Source: Eledone cirrhosa (taxonomy: Eukaryota). From it: a DNA stretch of 64,000 bases. The notes below the pieces were generated by a model. That model was not told where the DNA came from. It was given only the letters and a program-made list of their open reading frames with translations, and did no database searches. Below, piece by piece: positions 12,164-26,486 of this stretch; the stretch's first letter is position 1, and each line of letters begins with the position of its first letter. The stretch spans positions 70,122,001 to 70,186,000 of the forward strand of contig OZ024746.1 of assembly GCA_964016885.1 (NCBI GenBank). Reading direction: 5' to 3'. The position numbers and the translations under genes are program-made.

Positions 12164-12770
12164 GGTGGTGGTGGTGGTGGTAGTAGTAGTAGTAAATCAC
12201 TACATCTATGCCAGCCAGCCAGCAGTACTACTACAAATCCACCCAGCCAACCAACCAATAACGAACAAGCCCACCAACCAGCCAACGAACCAGCCAGCCA
12301 GCCAACCAGCCAGCTAGCCAGCCAACCAGCCAGCCAACCAGCCAACCAACAAGCCAACCAACCAGCCAACCTGCCAGCCAACCAGCCAACCAGCCAACCA
12401 ACAAGCCAACCAACCAGCCAACCTGCCAGCCAACCAGCCAGCTAGCCAACCAACAAGCCCACCAACCAGCCAACCTGCCAGCCAACCAGCCAGCTAGCCA
12501 ACCAACAAGCCCACCAACCAGCCAACGAACCAGCCAGCCAGCCAACCAGCCAGCTAGCCAGCCAACCAGCCAGCCAACCAGCCAACCAACAAGCCAACCA
12601 ACCAGCCAACCTGCCAGCCAACCAGCCAACCAGCCAACCAACAAGCCAACCAACCAGCCAACCTGCCAGCCAACCAGCCAGCTAGCCAACCAACAAGCCC
12701 ACCAACCAGCCAACGAACCAGCCAGCCAGCCAACCACCAACCAGCCAGCCAGCCAGCAGCAGCAGCAATA
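11478..12770. repeat. Compound GCA/GGT/GTA triplet and (CCAG/CCAA)n repeats
   Basis: Visible directly; explains the poly-Q/G/P/W ORFs. Confidence 0.9.
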
Positions 12771-13261
12771 CTACAATACGATATGCCCGGCTGTTCAGTT
12801 GGATTACCTATGTTTATATAAATGACTGTTACGACGATGTGCACTACTGTGCACTACTGTGCAAAACATGGTAACAACTGCCTATTAAAGCAGATAACTG
12901 CAGTAGCACTACAGTTACATTCTCTCACCCTCTCTATCCCTTCCTCTCTCTCTCTCTCTATCTCTCTATCTATTTTACTATATATATATAGTTTATTGTA
13001 TTTTATTAATGTTAAAGTTATATGATTTTTATGTAAAACACCCGCCGTCACGTCTTGTAATGTTCAATTTTTTGTACGCCCTTGTGGCAAATAAAGAAAG
13101 ATATCTATTTTACTACATATGCTCTATCTTGAGAACGCGCCTGGCCTAGTGGTTAGGGTGATGAACTCACGATCATCACCTGGATTCTATTCCTAGATCG
13201 GGCTGCACATTCTGTTCTTGAGCAAGAAGCTTAATTCCTTAATTTCCCTTTGCTTTCCATG

Positions 13262-13680
13262 ATTAGACTGTGGCCCCTATCATCGAAACATCCGAGAAAC
13301 CTCCTATGAGATACAACTTCGTAAGAGACCAGCTAAACCTACATAGGTGTAAGCTGTAACAACAACATGATAGGACTAGGAACCCCTATCATTAAAACGC
13401 TTGAGAAAACTTCTATGAAATACAACCTTGTAGAAGACCAGTTAAATTGACATAGGTGTGAGCTGTAATAAATATGATAGGACTGTTGCTCCTGTCATTA
13501 AAACGCCACAAAAACCTACTATGAGATACATCCTTGTAGAAGGTCAGCTATACCTATATAGATGTGAGCTGTGCCAACATGATAAAACTAGGGGCCCTAT
13601 CATTAAAACATATGAGAAACTTCCCATGAGATATAAACTCGAAGGAAGCCAGCTAGACCCACAAATGTGTGAGCTGTAAA
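13262..13680. repeat. About 108-bp tandem repeat, 4 diverged units
   Basis: Recurring CCTATCATTAAAAC...TATGAGATACAAC...CAGCTA...GTGTGAGCTGT. Confidence 0.75.
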
Positions 13681-13765
13681 TTTAATTTAATTTCAACATC
13701 ATAGCTATAATTTGGGGAATGAACTGCGGCGCAGGCCTGCCTATGTAGTTATATATGTTTGTATG

Positions 13766-13834
<69 letters not shown>

Positions 13835-13839
<5 letters not shown>

Positions 13840-14030
13840 AACCAGTAAGACCCCGACAGCTGAGCTCAAGCCGTTTCGACGGCTAATTCTGTCCAGAATT
13901 AGCCGTCGAAACGGCTTGAGCTCAGCTGTCGGGGTCTTACTGGTTCCTATTACCCACTCTACTACCTCAAGTATTGAGTACTTTGGTGCGTTATGGTCCA
14001 CCTGGTTCCTTACCACATTTCCTTCGTTAT
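13835..14030 (+). mobile_element. Fold-back element family C between (TA)n
   Basis: Near-perfect palindrome 13835-13950 containing an HHR 3' half (GAAACGGC...GCTGTC-GGGGTC), then a tail. Same family at 15665-15882, 15225-15360 (-) and 28243-28300 (-). Confidence 0.8.
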
Positions 14031-14137
14031 ATATATATATATATATATATATACGTTATTCCGGGTTGAATCGGAGGTAACCACAGTAAGTAAGGTACTC
14101 AATACATTGCAGAGTATAAAAGTTTTAATATAGATGA

Positions 14138-14186
14138 GATTCTACAGGACTAGAACTGTTTCATTCTTTAGAAATCATCAGGAATC
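14138..14186 (-). ncRNA. Type I hammerhead ribozyme (family D)
   Basis: Reverse complement GATTC-CTGATGA-T-TTC-taaa-GAA-T-GAAA-CAG-ttctagtc-CTG-TA-GAATC; GUA site. Confidence 0.8.
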
Positions 14187-14189
14187 TGG

Positions 14190-14238
14190 GATTCCTGATG
14201 ATTTCTAAAGAATGAAACACTTCTAGTCCTGTAGAATC
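14190..14238 (+). ncRNA. Type I hammerhead ribozyme (family D, mirror copy)
   Basis: Same motif with one stem III mismatch (GAAACAC). Confidence 0.75.
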
Positions 14239-14251
14239 TCATCTATATTAA

Positions 14252-14323
<72 letters not shown>

Positions 14324-14410
14324 GTAAAAGGTAAACAGAAATAACAACACAATCGGTACAGTATATGGAAGGTATATATTAGGTTAACTCTTGATATAGC
14401 AGGAAGAGGG

Positions 14411-14443
14411 TCTTAACGTTTCGGACGCTAGTCCTTCATCAGA
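14411..14443 (-). ncRNA. Minimal hammerhead motif (family E), truncated in stem I
   Basis: Reverse complement CTGATGA-A-GGAC-tagc-GTCC-GAAA-CG-TT-AAGA. Confidence 0.65.
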
Positions 14444-14487
14444 TGTATACATACATATATGTATATGTATTTATACACACAAACACA

Positions 14488-14587
<100 letters not shown>

Positions 14588-14859
14588 TAAAATTTAATAT
14601 ATAATGGGCTTCTATAGGACTAGAACTGTTTCATTCGAAATAAATCGGCCAGGAAAGTATTGAGTACCTTACTGTGGTTACCCCCGATTGAACCCTGGAC
14701 TCACACACACACACATATATATATAGTGTAGGTGATTCAGTGAATTAGTGGTGGTACCAAAACAAGCACTCCATGCACAGGCAGAGTGTATATATTAATA
14801 AGAACGATGAAGTTTCGTTTACATGTAAACAAACAAATCTTCATGGTTTTTTAAAATAA

Positions 14860-14942
<83 letters not shown>

Positions 14943-15377
14943 AAAAAACGATGAAGTTTTGTTTGTATAGGTGAAGGCGTGTGGCTGAGTGGTTAGAGAA
15001 TTGGATTCGCAATCGTAAGGTTGTGAGTTCGATTCCTGGACCAGGTGATGCGTTATGTTCTTGAGCAAGACACTTTATTTCACGTTGCCCCTTCTACCTG
15101 GAGTTACGACCGATAGATAGTATTAGCAATTGGAAAGACCAACGGAAACATTGTTCCCTCGGTCCGATTTGACGAAAGTCGATCGTTCCTATATATATTA
15201 TATATATATATATAATATATATATAACGAAGGAATTGGGGGTAAGGAACCAGATGGACCATAACGCACCAGAGTACTCAATACTTAGGGTAGTAGAGTGG
15301 GAAATAGGAAAAGGTATGACCCCGACGGCATTTCTGGACTCGGGGTCACCTTTTCCTATATATATATATATATATAT

Positions 15378-15628
15378 ATTAAAATAACAGATTAAAGTTT
15401 AAGCAAAGAATCGCTGCTTTCACCCTTAACGGGATAGATTGACTTTGTTAGTTTCAGAAGATTCCGTTAAGGGTGAAAGCAGCGATTCTTTGCTTTAAAC
15501 TTTAATCTGTTATTTTAATAAATATTTGCTCTACGGTTCTTATATATTTGATATATATTTATCCTTATCGAGCCCTCTTTGGATTTTAGTCTTCAAATTT
15601 ATTATTATTACTATATTATTATTATTAC

Positions 15629-15666
<38 letters not shown>

Positions 15667-15880
15667 GGAGTAAGTAAGACCCCGACGGCTGAGCTCAAGC
15701 CGTTTCGACGGCTAATTCTGTACTGAATTTCGACGGCTAAAACAGTACAGAATTAGCCGTCGAAACGGCTTGAGCTCAGCCGTCGGGGTCTTACTTACTC
15801 CTATTACCCACTCTACTACCCTAAGTATTGAGTACTTTGGTGCGTTATGGTCCACCTGGTTCCTTACCATTTTTCCCTCG

Positions 15881-15882
<2 letters not shown>
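15378..15882 (+). mobile_element. Adjacent F1 and family C fold-back elements separated by (TA)n
   Basis: F1 arms at 15378-15435 and about 15461-15520; family C arms at 15665-15725 and 15744-15803. Confidence 0.8.
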
Positions 15883-15927
<45 letters not shown>

Positions 15928-16831
15928 TTTCCGTCTACCAAATTTGATCGGTCAGCCTGAGGTTATAACAGAAGGCACTTGCCCAAGGTGCCGCGCAGTG
16001 GTACTGAAATCGAAGCCACATGGTTGAGAAGAGATCTCCTTAACTACTTAACTACACAGGCAGGCCTGCGTCTCAGTTCATTCCCAAAATTATAGCTATG
16101 ATGCTGAATTGAAATTTATTTTATTTTACAGCTCAGACATTTGCAGGTTGTATCTCATGGGAAGTTCCTCATGTTTTAGTGACAGTACCCTCAGGTTTAT
16201 AATGTTGTCACGGCTCACATCTATGTAGGTGTAGCTGGCCTCCAACAAGGTTGTATTTTATAGGTTTTTCTGGCGTTTTTATAATATATATATGTGTGTG
16301 TGTCTGTGTGTGTGCTGTGGTTGTGAGAGAGAGACAGATAGAGCGAGAGAGTGTATGGGTGTGTGTGTATGTGTGAGTGTGTGTGTGTATGTGTGTGTGC
16401 GTGTGTGCGTGTGTGTGTGAGTGTGTGTGTGTGTGAGTGTGTGAGAGAAAGAGAGTGTGTGTGTGTGTGAGTGTGTGTGTGTGAGTGTGTGTGTGTGAGT
16501 GTGTGTGTGTGAGTGTGTGTGTGTGTGAGTGTGTGAGAGAAAGAAAGTGTGTGTGTGATTGTGTGTGTGTGTGTGAGTGTGAGTGTGTGTGTGTGCGTGT
16601 GCGTGTGTGTATGTAAATACTACGTTTTTGTGCTTGCTTCGCAACATTCTTGAGGCGAAATCGTGTGTTGAGAGGGTCATGCTTCCAACAAACACACACA
16701 CACGCACCAGCTGCGTTTCTTTTTGTTTTTAATATTAGTCAGGTAATTAATCAATTACTTCAATAATTTACTCCATAGAGTAAATATAATAAAATCTAAT
16801 GAAATTTATTTATAATTCAAATATAGAACTT

Positions 16832-19800
16832 TATATCAGTTACTGGTATAAACAGTGATGGTGGTATATATCAGTTACTGGTATAAACAGTGGTGGTGGT
16901 ATATATCAGTTACTGGTATAACTAGTGGTGGTGGTATATATCAGTTACTGGTATAAACAGTGGTAGTGGTATATATCAGTTACTGGTATAAACAGTGGTG
17001 GTGGTATATATCAGTTACTGGTATAAACAGTGGTGGTGGTATATATCAGTTACTGGTATAAACAGTGGTAGTGGTATATATCAGTTACTGGTATAAACAG
17101 TGGTGGTGGTATATATCAGTTACTGGTATAAACAGTGGTAGTCGTATATATCAGTTACTGGTATAAACAGTGGAGGTGGTATATATCAGTTACTGGTATA
17201 AACAGTGGTGGTGGTATATATCAGTTACTGGTATAAACAGTGGTGGTGGTATATATCAGTTACTGGTATAAACAGTGGTGGTGGTATATATCAGTTACTG
17301 GTATAAACAGTGGTGGTGGTATATATCAGTTACTGGTATAAACAGTGGTGGTGGTATATATCAGTTACTGGTATAAACAGTGGTAGTCGTATATATCAGT
17401 TACTGGTATAAACAGTGGTGGTGGTATATATCAGTTACTGGTATAAACAGTGGTGGTGGTATATATCAGTTACTGGTATAAACAGTGGTGGTGGTATATA
17501 TCAGTTACTGGTATAAACAGTGGTAGTCGTATATATCAGTTACTGGTATAAACAGTGGTGGTGGTATATATCAGTTACTGGTAGAAACAGTGGTGGTGGT
17601 ATATATCAGTTACTGGTATAAACAGTGGTGGTGGTATATATCAGTTACTGGCATAAACAGTGGTGGTGGTGGTATATACCAGTTACTGGTATAACTAGTG
17701 GTGGTGGTATATACCAGTTACTGGTATAAACAGTGGTGGTGGTATATATCAGTTACTGGTATAAACAGTGGTGGTGATATATATCAGTTACTGGCATAAA
17801 CAGTGGTGGTGGTGGTATATACCAGTTACTGGTATAACTAGTGGTGGTGGTATATACCAGTTACTGGTATAAACAGTGGTGGCGGTATATATCAGTTACT
17901 GGTATAAACAGTGGTGGTGGTATATATCAGTTACTGGTATAAACAGTGGTGGTGGTATATATCAGTTACTGGCATAAACAGTGGTGGTGGTATATATCAG
18001 TTACTGGTATAACTAGTGGTGGTGGTATATATCAGTTACTGGTATAATTAGTGGTGGTGGTATATATCAGTTACTGGTATAATTAGTGGTGGTGGTATAT
18101 ATCAGTTACTGGTATAAACAGTGGTGGTGGTATATACCAGTTACTGGTATAAACATTGATGGTGGTATATATCAGTTACTGGTATAAACAGTGGTGGTAA
18201 TATATATCAGTTACTGGTATAACTAGTGGTGGTGGTATATATCAATTACTGGTATAAACAGTGATGGTGGTGTATACCAGTTACTGGTTTAAACAGTGCT
18301 GGTGGTATATATCAGTTACTGGTATAAACAGTGATGCTGGTGTATACCAGTTACTGGTATAAACAGTGGTGGTGGTGGTATATACCAGTTACTGGTATAA
18401 CTAGTGGTGGTGGTATATATCAGTTACTGGTATAAATAGTGGTGGTGGTATATACCAGTTACTGGTATAACTAGTGGTAGTGGTATATATCAGTTACTGG
18501 TATAAACAGTGGTAGTGGTATATATCAGTTACTGGTATAAACAGTGGTGGTGGTATATATCAGTTACTGGTATAAACAGTGGTGGTGGTATATATCAGTT
18601 ACTGTTATAAACAGTGATGGTGGTATATATCAGTTACTGGTATAAACAGTGGTAGTGGTATATACCAGTTACTGGTATAAACAGTGGTGGTGGTATATAT
18701 CAGTTACTGGTATAACTAGTGGTGGTGGTATATATCAGTTACTGGTATAAACAGTGGTAGTGGTATATATCAGTTACTGGTATAAACAGTGATGGTGGTA
18801 TATATCAGTTACTGGTATAACTAATGGTGGTGGTATATATCAGTTACTGGTATAAACAGTGGTGGTGGTATATACCAGTTACTGGTATAACTAGTGGTGG
18901 TGGTATATATCAGTTACTGGTATAATTAGTGGTGGTGGTATATATCAGTTACTGGTATAATTAGTGGTGGTGGTATATATCAGTTACTGGTATAAACAGT
19001 GGTGGTGGTATATACCAGTTACTGATATAAACAGTGATGGTGGTATATATCAGTTACTGGTATAAACAGTGGTGGTAATATATATAAGTTTCTGGTATAA
19101 CTAGTGGTGGTGGTATATATCAATTACTGGTATAAACAGTGATGGTGGTGTATACCAATTACTGGTTTAAACAGTGGTGGTGGTATATATCAGTTACTGG
19201 TATAAACAGTGATGATGGTGTATACCAGTTACTGGCATAAACAGTGGTGGTGGTATATATCAGTTACTGGTATAACTAGTGGTGGTGGTATATACCAGTT
19301 ACTGGTATAACTAGTGGTGGTGGTATATATCAGTTACTGGTATAATTAGTGGTGGTGGTATATATCAGTTACTGGTATAATTAGTGGTGGTTGTATATAT
19401 CAGTTACTGGTATAACTAGTGGTGGTGGTATATACCAGTTACTGGTATAACTAGTGGTGGTGGTATATACCAGTTACTGGTATAACTAGTGGTGGTGGTA
19501 TATATCAGTTACTGGTATAAACAGCGGTGGTGGTATATATCAGTTACTGGTATAGACAGTGGTGGTGGTATATATCAGTTACTGGTATAAACAGTGGTGG
19601 TGGTATATATCAGTTACTGGTATAACTAGTGGTGGTGGTATATATCAGTTACTGGTATAAACAGCGGTGGTGGTATATATCTGTTACTGGTATAATTAGT
19701 GATGGTAGTATATATCAGTTACTGGTATAAACAGTGGTCTAGGTATATACCAGTTACTGGTATAATTAGTGGTGGTGGTATATATCAGTTACTGGTATAA

Positions 19801-20345
19801 CTAGTGGTGGTGGTATATATCAGTTACTGGTATAAACAGTGATGGTGGTATATATCAGTTACTGGTATAATTAGTGATGGTGGTATATATCAGTTACTGG
19901 TATAAACAGTTGTGGTAATATATATCAGTTACTGGTATAACTAGTGGTGGTGGTATATTTCAGTTACTGGTATAAACAGTGGTGGTGGTATATATCAGTT
20001 ACTGGTATAAACAGTGATGGTGGTGTATACCAGTTACTGGTATAAACAGTGGTGGTGGTATATACCAGTTACTGCTATAACTAGTGGTGGTGGTATATAT
20101 CAGTTACTGGTATAAACAGTGGTGGTGGTATATATCAGTTACTGGTATAGACAGTGGTGGTGGTATATACCAGTTACTGCTATAATTAGTGGTGGTGGTA
20201 TATATCAGTTACTGGTATAAACAGTGATGGTGGTATATATCAGTTACTGGTATAAACAGTGATGGTGGCATATATCAGTTACAGGTATAAACAGTGGTGG
20301 TGGCATATATCAGTTACTGGTATAAACAGTGATATATATCAGTAA
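16832..20345. repeat. 35-bp satellite, about 100 copies
   Basis: Unit TACTGGTATAAACAGTGGTGGTGGTATATATCAGT in direct tandem with no spacers. Confidence 0.95.
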
Positions 20346-21879
20346 TTAGTTAGTGTAAATAGTATAAAATTAAATCTAAGGAAACAAATGATGTTAATTT
20401 ATGCTATTACTTAGTGAATATAAAGAAAACAGTATTTAAATAATTCTAAAGTTATTTAAATTGTCTTGCCGTAAGGGAGAGGAAGAATAGTCTCCGATGA
20501 AGGGCTCTTACCGAAAACCTTTCGTATTTCTCATTTTTTCATACTAAAACAATTTATTCTACTTTTGAACTGTTTATAGTCTTTATATTTTCACAATTTC
20601 ACACATATTTATCTAGAATGTCTTTAATAGGAATTTGTTTGTTTATCTCCGCAAAAACCAACATTGCGTGATGATATTTTTGAAAACAGCATTGTTTAAA
20701 GAATTTATCTAAAAACATTATTCACAAAAACAAATAAACGACTATTGTTAGAGTATTTGGATTGAAATTAATTTTTTTAAGGTATCGATACACATCAGAA
20801 CATACTCTTGCGGAACCGAGTTCACAGTCTTATGTCAATTCTCTGTTGGAATGGATATCCATCAGTTTCGATGATGAGTGTTCCAGTTGTTCGGTCAACA
20901 GAATAGCCTGTTCATGAAATTTAGGTATGAGTGGCTGGTCACTTCAAAACACGTGTACGCTTAATGTTATTCTCAGAAAAAATTCGGCGTAACACAACTG
21001 ACCCTTTGAATTACAGGTACTGTCAATCAATTGGGTGGGCTTCCAAACAGTTTTTGTCTACTCAGTTTCACTCACAAAGCATGAGCCGACCCATGGTTAT
21101 GGTAAATGAGACTTGCCCAAGATGTGACCGAGGAGGATCAAATCCCAGATCTAATCATTGCGAAGCGAACTTCTTAGCCATTCAGCCATAATGTGTTCAC
21201 TCAATTCTCTGTTATTGAAAGTTTATTTCACCAATACTGGGTATGCCTCTTGGAAAAGTTGGTTGTCACAGTATTCCATTTTTCTCTTCCTCTAAAATAC
21301 TGACGAATTTGTGACTAGGTAAACTAAAACTAACGTGCTGTTGTAATGTTTAAATTTATATTTTGCATCTTATCAGAAATTGACTTGTGTATTGACAAAT
21401 TTATGAAGAAACATTAAATGTTATGAGAAAAATATCACTGTATTTACTTTTTACCCATCTGGGAATATTTGAATCGTGAAGAGAGTTAAACACTGAAACT
21501 ACATCACATCTTTCTGCACTTCATTTAATGATAATTTTATTGCATAGTAAAATATTTGCTTATAATATCAGGACAAAAAATAAATAAAATAAAAATGAAA
21601 AAGGAAGAAAAGAGGGGAAAAATAGGGAGGTGTGTGTGGGGGGGTCTACACACATGGCTGGATGGTATAGCTTGCATTTTATATACAAGAATCTTTGGTA
21701 AGTTTATATAAACCTAAATATCAAAAGAGAATACTCGATGTATCAGTATATATAGAAAATCTCGTTAACTATCATCCACTTAAAAACGATTAATATAAGA
21801 TTTATGTAAAATAATTGGGAGCCAACAAATCGTTAATGTTCCATAGATAAAAGTATAATGTTTATCCAGTCATAACAAA

Positions 21880-22990
21880 ACCACTTGTTAGAATGTTGCC
21901 ATGAAAGTGGTTTTGTAGGCCTCAAAAAGGCGTACAAACGCGGGTCTTGTCGTATAAGAATTTGCAAGGGTATGGGATCGACGGTGAGCTTTTTTGTTGC
22001 CTCTAAATACTTATATGAATGCCCTAGTATTTGTGTACAGATAAATAGTGGGAAAACAAAACAATCCAATGTGAGTGTCAGGCTCCGCCAATGGTGCGTA
22101 TTGTCACCTCCCCTGTTCATCATGCTCTTCATGAAGATGATTGACATGCGCAACCGGGTTGGAAGTAGTATCAAAACCAGTGGGTGTAGGATCAATCGGT
22201 CGATATTTGTAGACAACATGGTGCTACATAACTCACTGGAAAATAATCTCCGACATGCACTTGATAGGTTTGCTGCCGAGAGCTTCATCGTAGTAATCAA
22301 AATAAGTGCTGCAAAGACACTCGTCTTCTCAAGAGCGCAATGGACTCAGCACGTGAATAGAGTTCCGTTGAAACAGGTGGAGAAGTCCAGGTATCTCATG
22401 AGTGATTGAAGGCAGGAAACTGAATTGAATACAAGAACTGTTGGAGCTGGTGCAGTAATGCGCCAGCTTTAGCACTTGACCATCAGAAGAAGTGGAGTAA
22501 GTGTAAAAAAACAAACTAGCTAGCTTCAATTCGGTGTTCGTGCCTACCCTTTTCTATGGTCATGAAAGAATACGATCCCAAATACAAGCGGCCGAACAAG
22601 GGTTCCTCCGATGATACTTTGGAGTAACATTGCTAAATAGAGTGCATAACTCAGAGATCAGAGAGTCACGCCAGGTAGTGCCGCTACTTCTCTGCATCAA
22701 GAGATCACAACTCTGATAATGTGGGCATGTGGTTAGAATGTCTTAGGAAAAGGTCGATGGAGAGATTTTACGTGCAAAGTCATCCGACATGAGACTCAGA
22801 GGTAGATACCCATCAGCTTGACTAGTCTTGCTAGAAGAAGAAGAAGAAGAAGAAGAAGAAGAAGAAGAAGAAGAAGAAGAAGAAGAAGAAGAAGAAGAAG
22901 AAGAAGAAGAAGAAGAAGAAGAAGAAGAAGAAGAAGAAGAAGAAGAAGAAGAAGAAGAAGAAGAAGAAGAAGAAGAAGAAGAAGAAGAAT
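21880..22990 (+). mobile_element. Decayed RTE-clade LINE 3' portion (RT) with (GAA)n tail
   Basis: ORF 21885-22409 has LRQWCVLSPPLF (from QGCVLSP), FVDN (from F.DD) and LKQVEKSRYL; downstream P.L.YGHE-like sequence. Confidence 0.8.
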
Positions 22991-23877
22991 CATAATAATA
23001 ATAATAATAATAACAATAATAATAATAATAATAATAATAATTTTGCCTAGTATAAGAATTTGAATAATCCAATATTTGAGAATAGATATTTAAAAGTTAT
23101 TTGACAATTCAACTATTCATTGCTAATGAGATTGGCATACCTTGCTTGATTGTTCCTCAAGTTAAATGAAGTTAATCTACCATTCATTACAAGGAACGGG
23201 TGTTATGAGGCTTCTGCAATACAACAGATAAAATATCCAAATTAAAAACAAATTGAAATTCATGTCTCCTTCCACGAAATAAAATACCGCCAATTACTTT
23301 TCATACCTTCCAACTTAAATAATGAAGCTCATCAAGAAGATAGCTACTGTCGAATTTAAATGGGTTTTCTTTACTGAGAGGAGAACATTTTCGAATAATT
23401 CTGTGTGCATAGTAGAGAGAAATAAAATTGGATTTTGAACTTGATTGAAAAATGTAATTTAGAATAAAATCTTCAACAAATAAAATCTTTGATATTTGTC
23501 AACAATACAACGCAATGTTAAAACATTGAAAATGTAATGTGGTGGCCATTTTTACTGCTTATTCAGAAGGGGTAGTATCCATAACTTTTCTCGGAGTCTC
23601 CGAGACATGTAAGAAGGAGAAAGAGGGAAGGAAAATATTCCCAAACCGCAACAGATTAAACCCCTTTAAAGACACTCAAAAGCCAGGTGTTAGCGTTAAA
23701 TCAGGGGACGATTAACTCTATAATCCAAGTAAGTCACAGCGACATTTGAACTCAAATATAAATAAAAGGAAAATGAGCTGTTCTGTTAGATAACAGATCG
23801 TGGCTAGAAGATAGCGATACGGCCATCAGAAATGATGGCTAGTTGCGATATAAGCGGGCAACTGCCGGACGAATAAT

Positions 23878-24070
23878 AATAATTGTTTCTACTTTAGGCA
23901 CAAGGCCAGCAATTACCCAGTGCATTACTGGTACTTTATTTTATCGACCCCGTAAGGATGAGAGGCAAAGTCAACCTCGGCGGGATTTGAACTCAGATCG
24001 TAAAGGGACGTAACTATGCTGGAAAGCATGGCGTCCGACCCTCTACCGATACTGCTACTCCACCGCCCTC
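23878..24070 (-). mobile_element. SINE S1 with target-site duplication
   Basis: Reverse complement of the S1 consensus, flanked by CGGACGAATAATAAT on both sides. Confidence 0.88.
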
Positions 24071-24102
24071 GGACGAATAATAATAATAATAATAATAATA
24101 AT

Positions 24103-24140
<38 letters not shown>

Positions 24141-24939
24141 AATAACCGTAGCTTGAACAACCAGAGAATTGTTCAATTACTTAGCTATGCTGTTAAATAT
24201 ACAAGGGAACAATGGTTTCATTGGAAGCAATTTTTCAAATTTCGCTTGGAAATTTCTTTTCAGGACATTTCTCAAAACATGAGAGAAATAGTTTTAAATG
24301 TTATATCGATAAAAGAAGTTCAGGGCTCAACATCGGAACATAGTCTGTTGAATTCATACAAATCCCTCAGATGATAATCATTATGAAATATCAATATTAT
24401 ACAGCTACAATTCTGTTTACCTAGCTTAGTCTCATTTCAGTGTATTGCCTATGTTTCTGAAGTTTGGGTTCAGGAAATAATATTCTGTGCAACTGTATAC
24501 AATAGTTTGTAGTTTGTTTTTAATGTCTGAAGAGGTTGAGGTCTTTCTAATGAATATTGATAGTATATTTCCTATTTCTAAACCATAATGTTGTTCTAAG
24601 CATATCTTTCAATATTAAACTAAGATAGAATTTCAGAGATAACTGAAAGATGTCATTCACGCTAGAAACAGAGAAATTGTTATGATTGTTATGGATAAAC
24701 ATTTGATTTCTGAAGAATTTGTGCCTCCTATGATTAATACGGCTTACATACTTCTTTTCAAAAGAATCTGATAAAAACCATGACAATATTATTTGAAAGT
24801 TTAAAAATCTTCCACTGCTTTCATAAGACTCTTCAGATTTGAGAAATTAGCGAACCACCAAAGTTTATTTTGGAAACCATAATTGGGTTTGTAAGAACAT
24901 TTGTAAACCTCCACACGCTGGGATCACCACGATGGGGCC

Positions 24940-25130
24940 CAAGTACTTCTGTATCGCCTGAATTCAATAATATAAGCCTTCAATACAATTTAAGACAGGC
25001 ATGGAATGGGACAATAAACTGACTTTTCTGGATGTACTAATAATTGGCACATTGTATGAATTCATCACATTTGTATATCGCAACCCTACATTTCCTAGAC
25101 AGTAGCAGAATTCTGATTCCCGACACTCAT
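24940..25130 (+). mobile_element. Old Penelope-like RT fragment
   Basis: Decayed translation ...LTFLDVLI...VYRNPT..., typical of the PLE RT/thumb junction. Confidence 0.5.
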
Positions 25131-25822
25131 AGTGTGAATGAAGGGGTCGTATGCTGACTACTGCATCGAGAAAAATTCATAAATAGCAAAATTCATAAAC
25201 AGAATAACAACATCGCAACGTTAGTAAAGAAACTGCCGTGGTCTGTCTATCTCTTTACCATCAACTGCCCTCACATTAATCATTCCACTCCACTTTTTAA
25301 CCACCCCAGAGTCACTGTCCACGAGGGTTCTTGACACTGTCCCTCCACCAGAACCTCCACTATGGACAACGACTGCAGAAGCGCCTCGATTCGCTTGTAG
25401 GGGTAGCTACCGGCGCAGTGGCCTCTTTTGACCGTTTCCCTGGATGCAGTTGTTGGCGAAATATCTTGCTCAATGCGCCGCCGGGGATCGAACTCACGAA
25501 CTTTTGATTGTTAAGCAAGACACTTTATTTCCTGCTGCTCCACTTGGCAAAAAGGAGAACAACGTTAGGAATGCTCGGCCACGTTAATTTCACGAGCAGG
25601 CTGTTCCGACGGAGTTCCAGTATATTAAGAAAGAAGAAGAGGGACGGTTTTACTTATTCAACGTGAAAATAAAGTGTCTTGCTCAAGGACACAACGGACC
25701 GAGAATCGAACTCAAAACCTTCGTTTGCAAGCCACGCGCCTACAATATATATATATATATATATATATATGAAAAATGATGAACATTACATTATATATTA
25801 CTCTCCCCTCCCCTCTCTCCCC

Positions 25823-25894
<72 letters not shown>

Positions 25895-26303
25895 GGGAGG
25901 TGGAGAGTAATATATAATGTAATGTTCATCATTTTTCATTTTTCCAAGAGCATTTGATTTCCAGCGTGAATCGAAACCGAATCTCGTTATCGATTAACCA
26001 CGTTTAATCCTATTTCTTATGGCGTTGCCTCGCTGAAAATGAAAATACTGATAGTTGTTGATTAGACAACAACGTTAATTTGTGTAGATTGAACAGGAAG
26101 GATGTGATCGATTGGATTGACAGAGGTTATTGATCGATTTAGATTAGGCACAATACCAATTTGGTGCATATCATATCGATTACTTGTGTTAGTGCCGATT
26201 ATTTTATTGACTTCCAACAAGATGAGAGGTTAAATTGTCTCTGCTAAAATTTCAACTTTCTCTTTTTTCGTTCTCTTTCTCTTACTTACCCCTCTCTTTA
26301 TAA

Positions 26304-26486
<183 letters not shown>

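Larger units (their letters stand above)
14053..14256 (-). mobile_element. Fold-back element family D between (TA)n
   Basis: Palindrome 14121-14255 with the tail on the left (14053-14120). The tail recurs inverted at about 14657-14700 and 41688-41758. Confidence 0.8.

Noticed and set aside
11389-12844. Poly-Q/G/P/H/W ORFs as low-complexity proteins
   Set aside because: Open in many frames on both strands because of triplet and tetranucleotide repeats; no domain or splice support.
16832-20345. CRISPR-like array of 35-bp palindromic repeats
   Set aside because: Units are directly adjacent with no unique spacers, there are no cas genes, and the context is eukaryotic.
20490-20525. CCGATGAAGGGCTCTTACCGAAAACC hammerhead remnant (similar at about 42145-42180, minus)
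   Set aside because: Probably a decayed HHR, but the core is mutated and stems I/III cannot be formed, so it is not listed as a feature.
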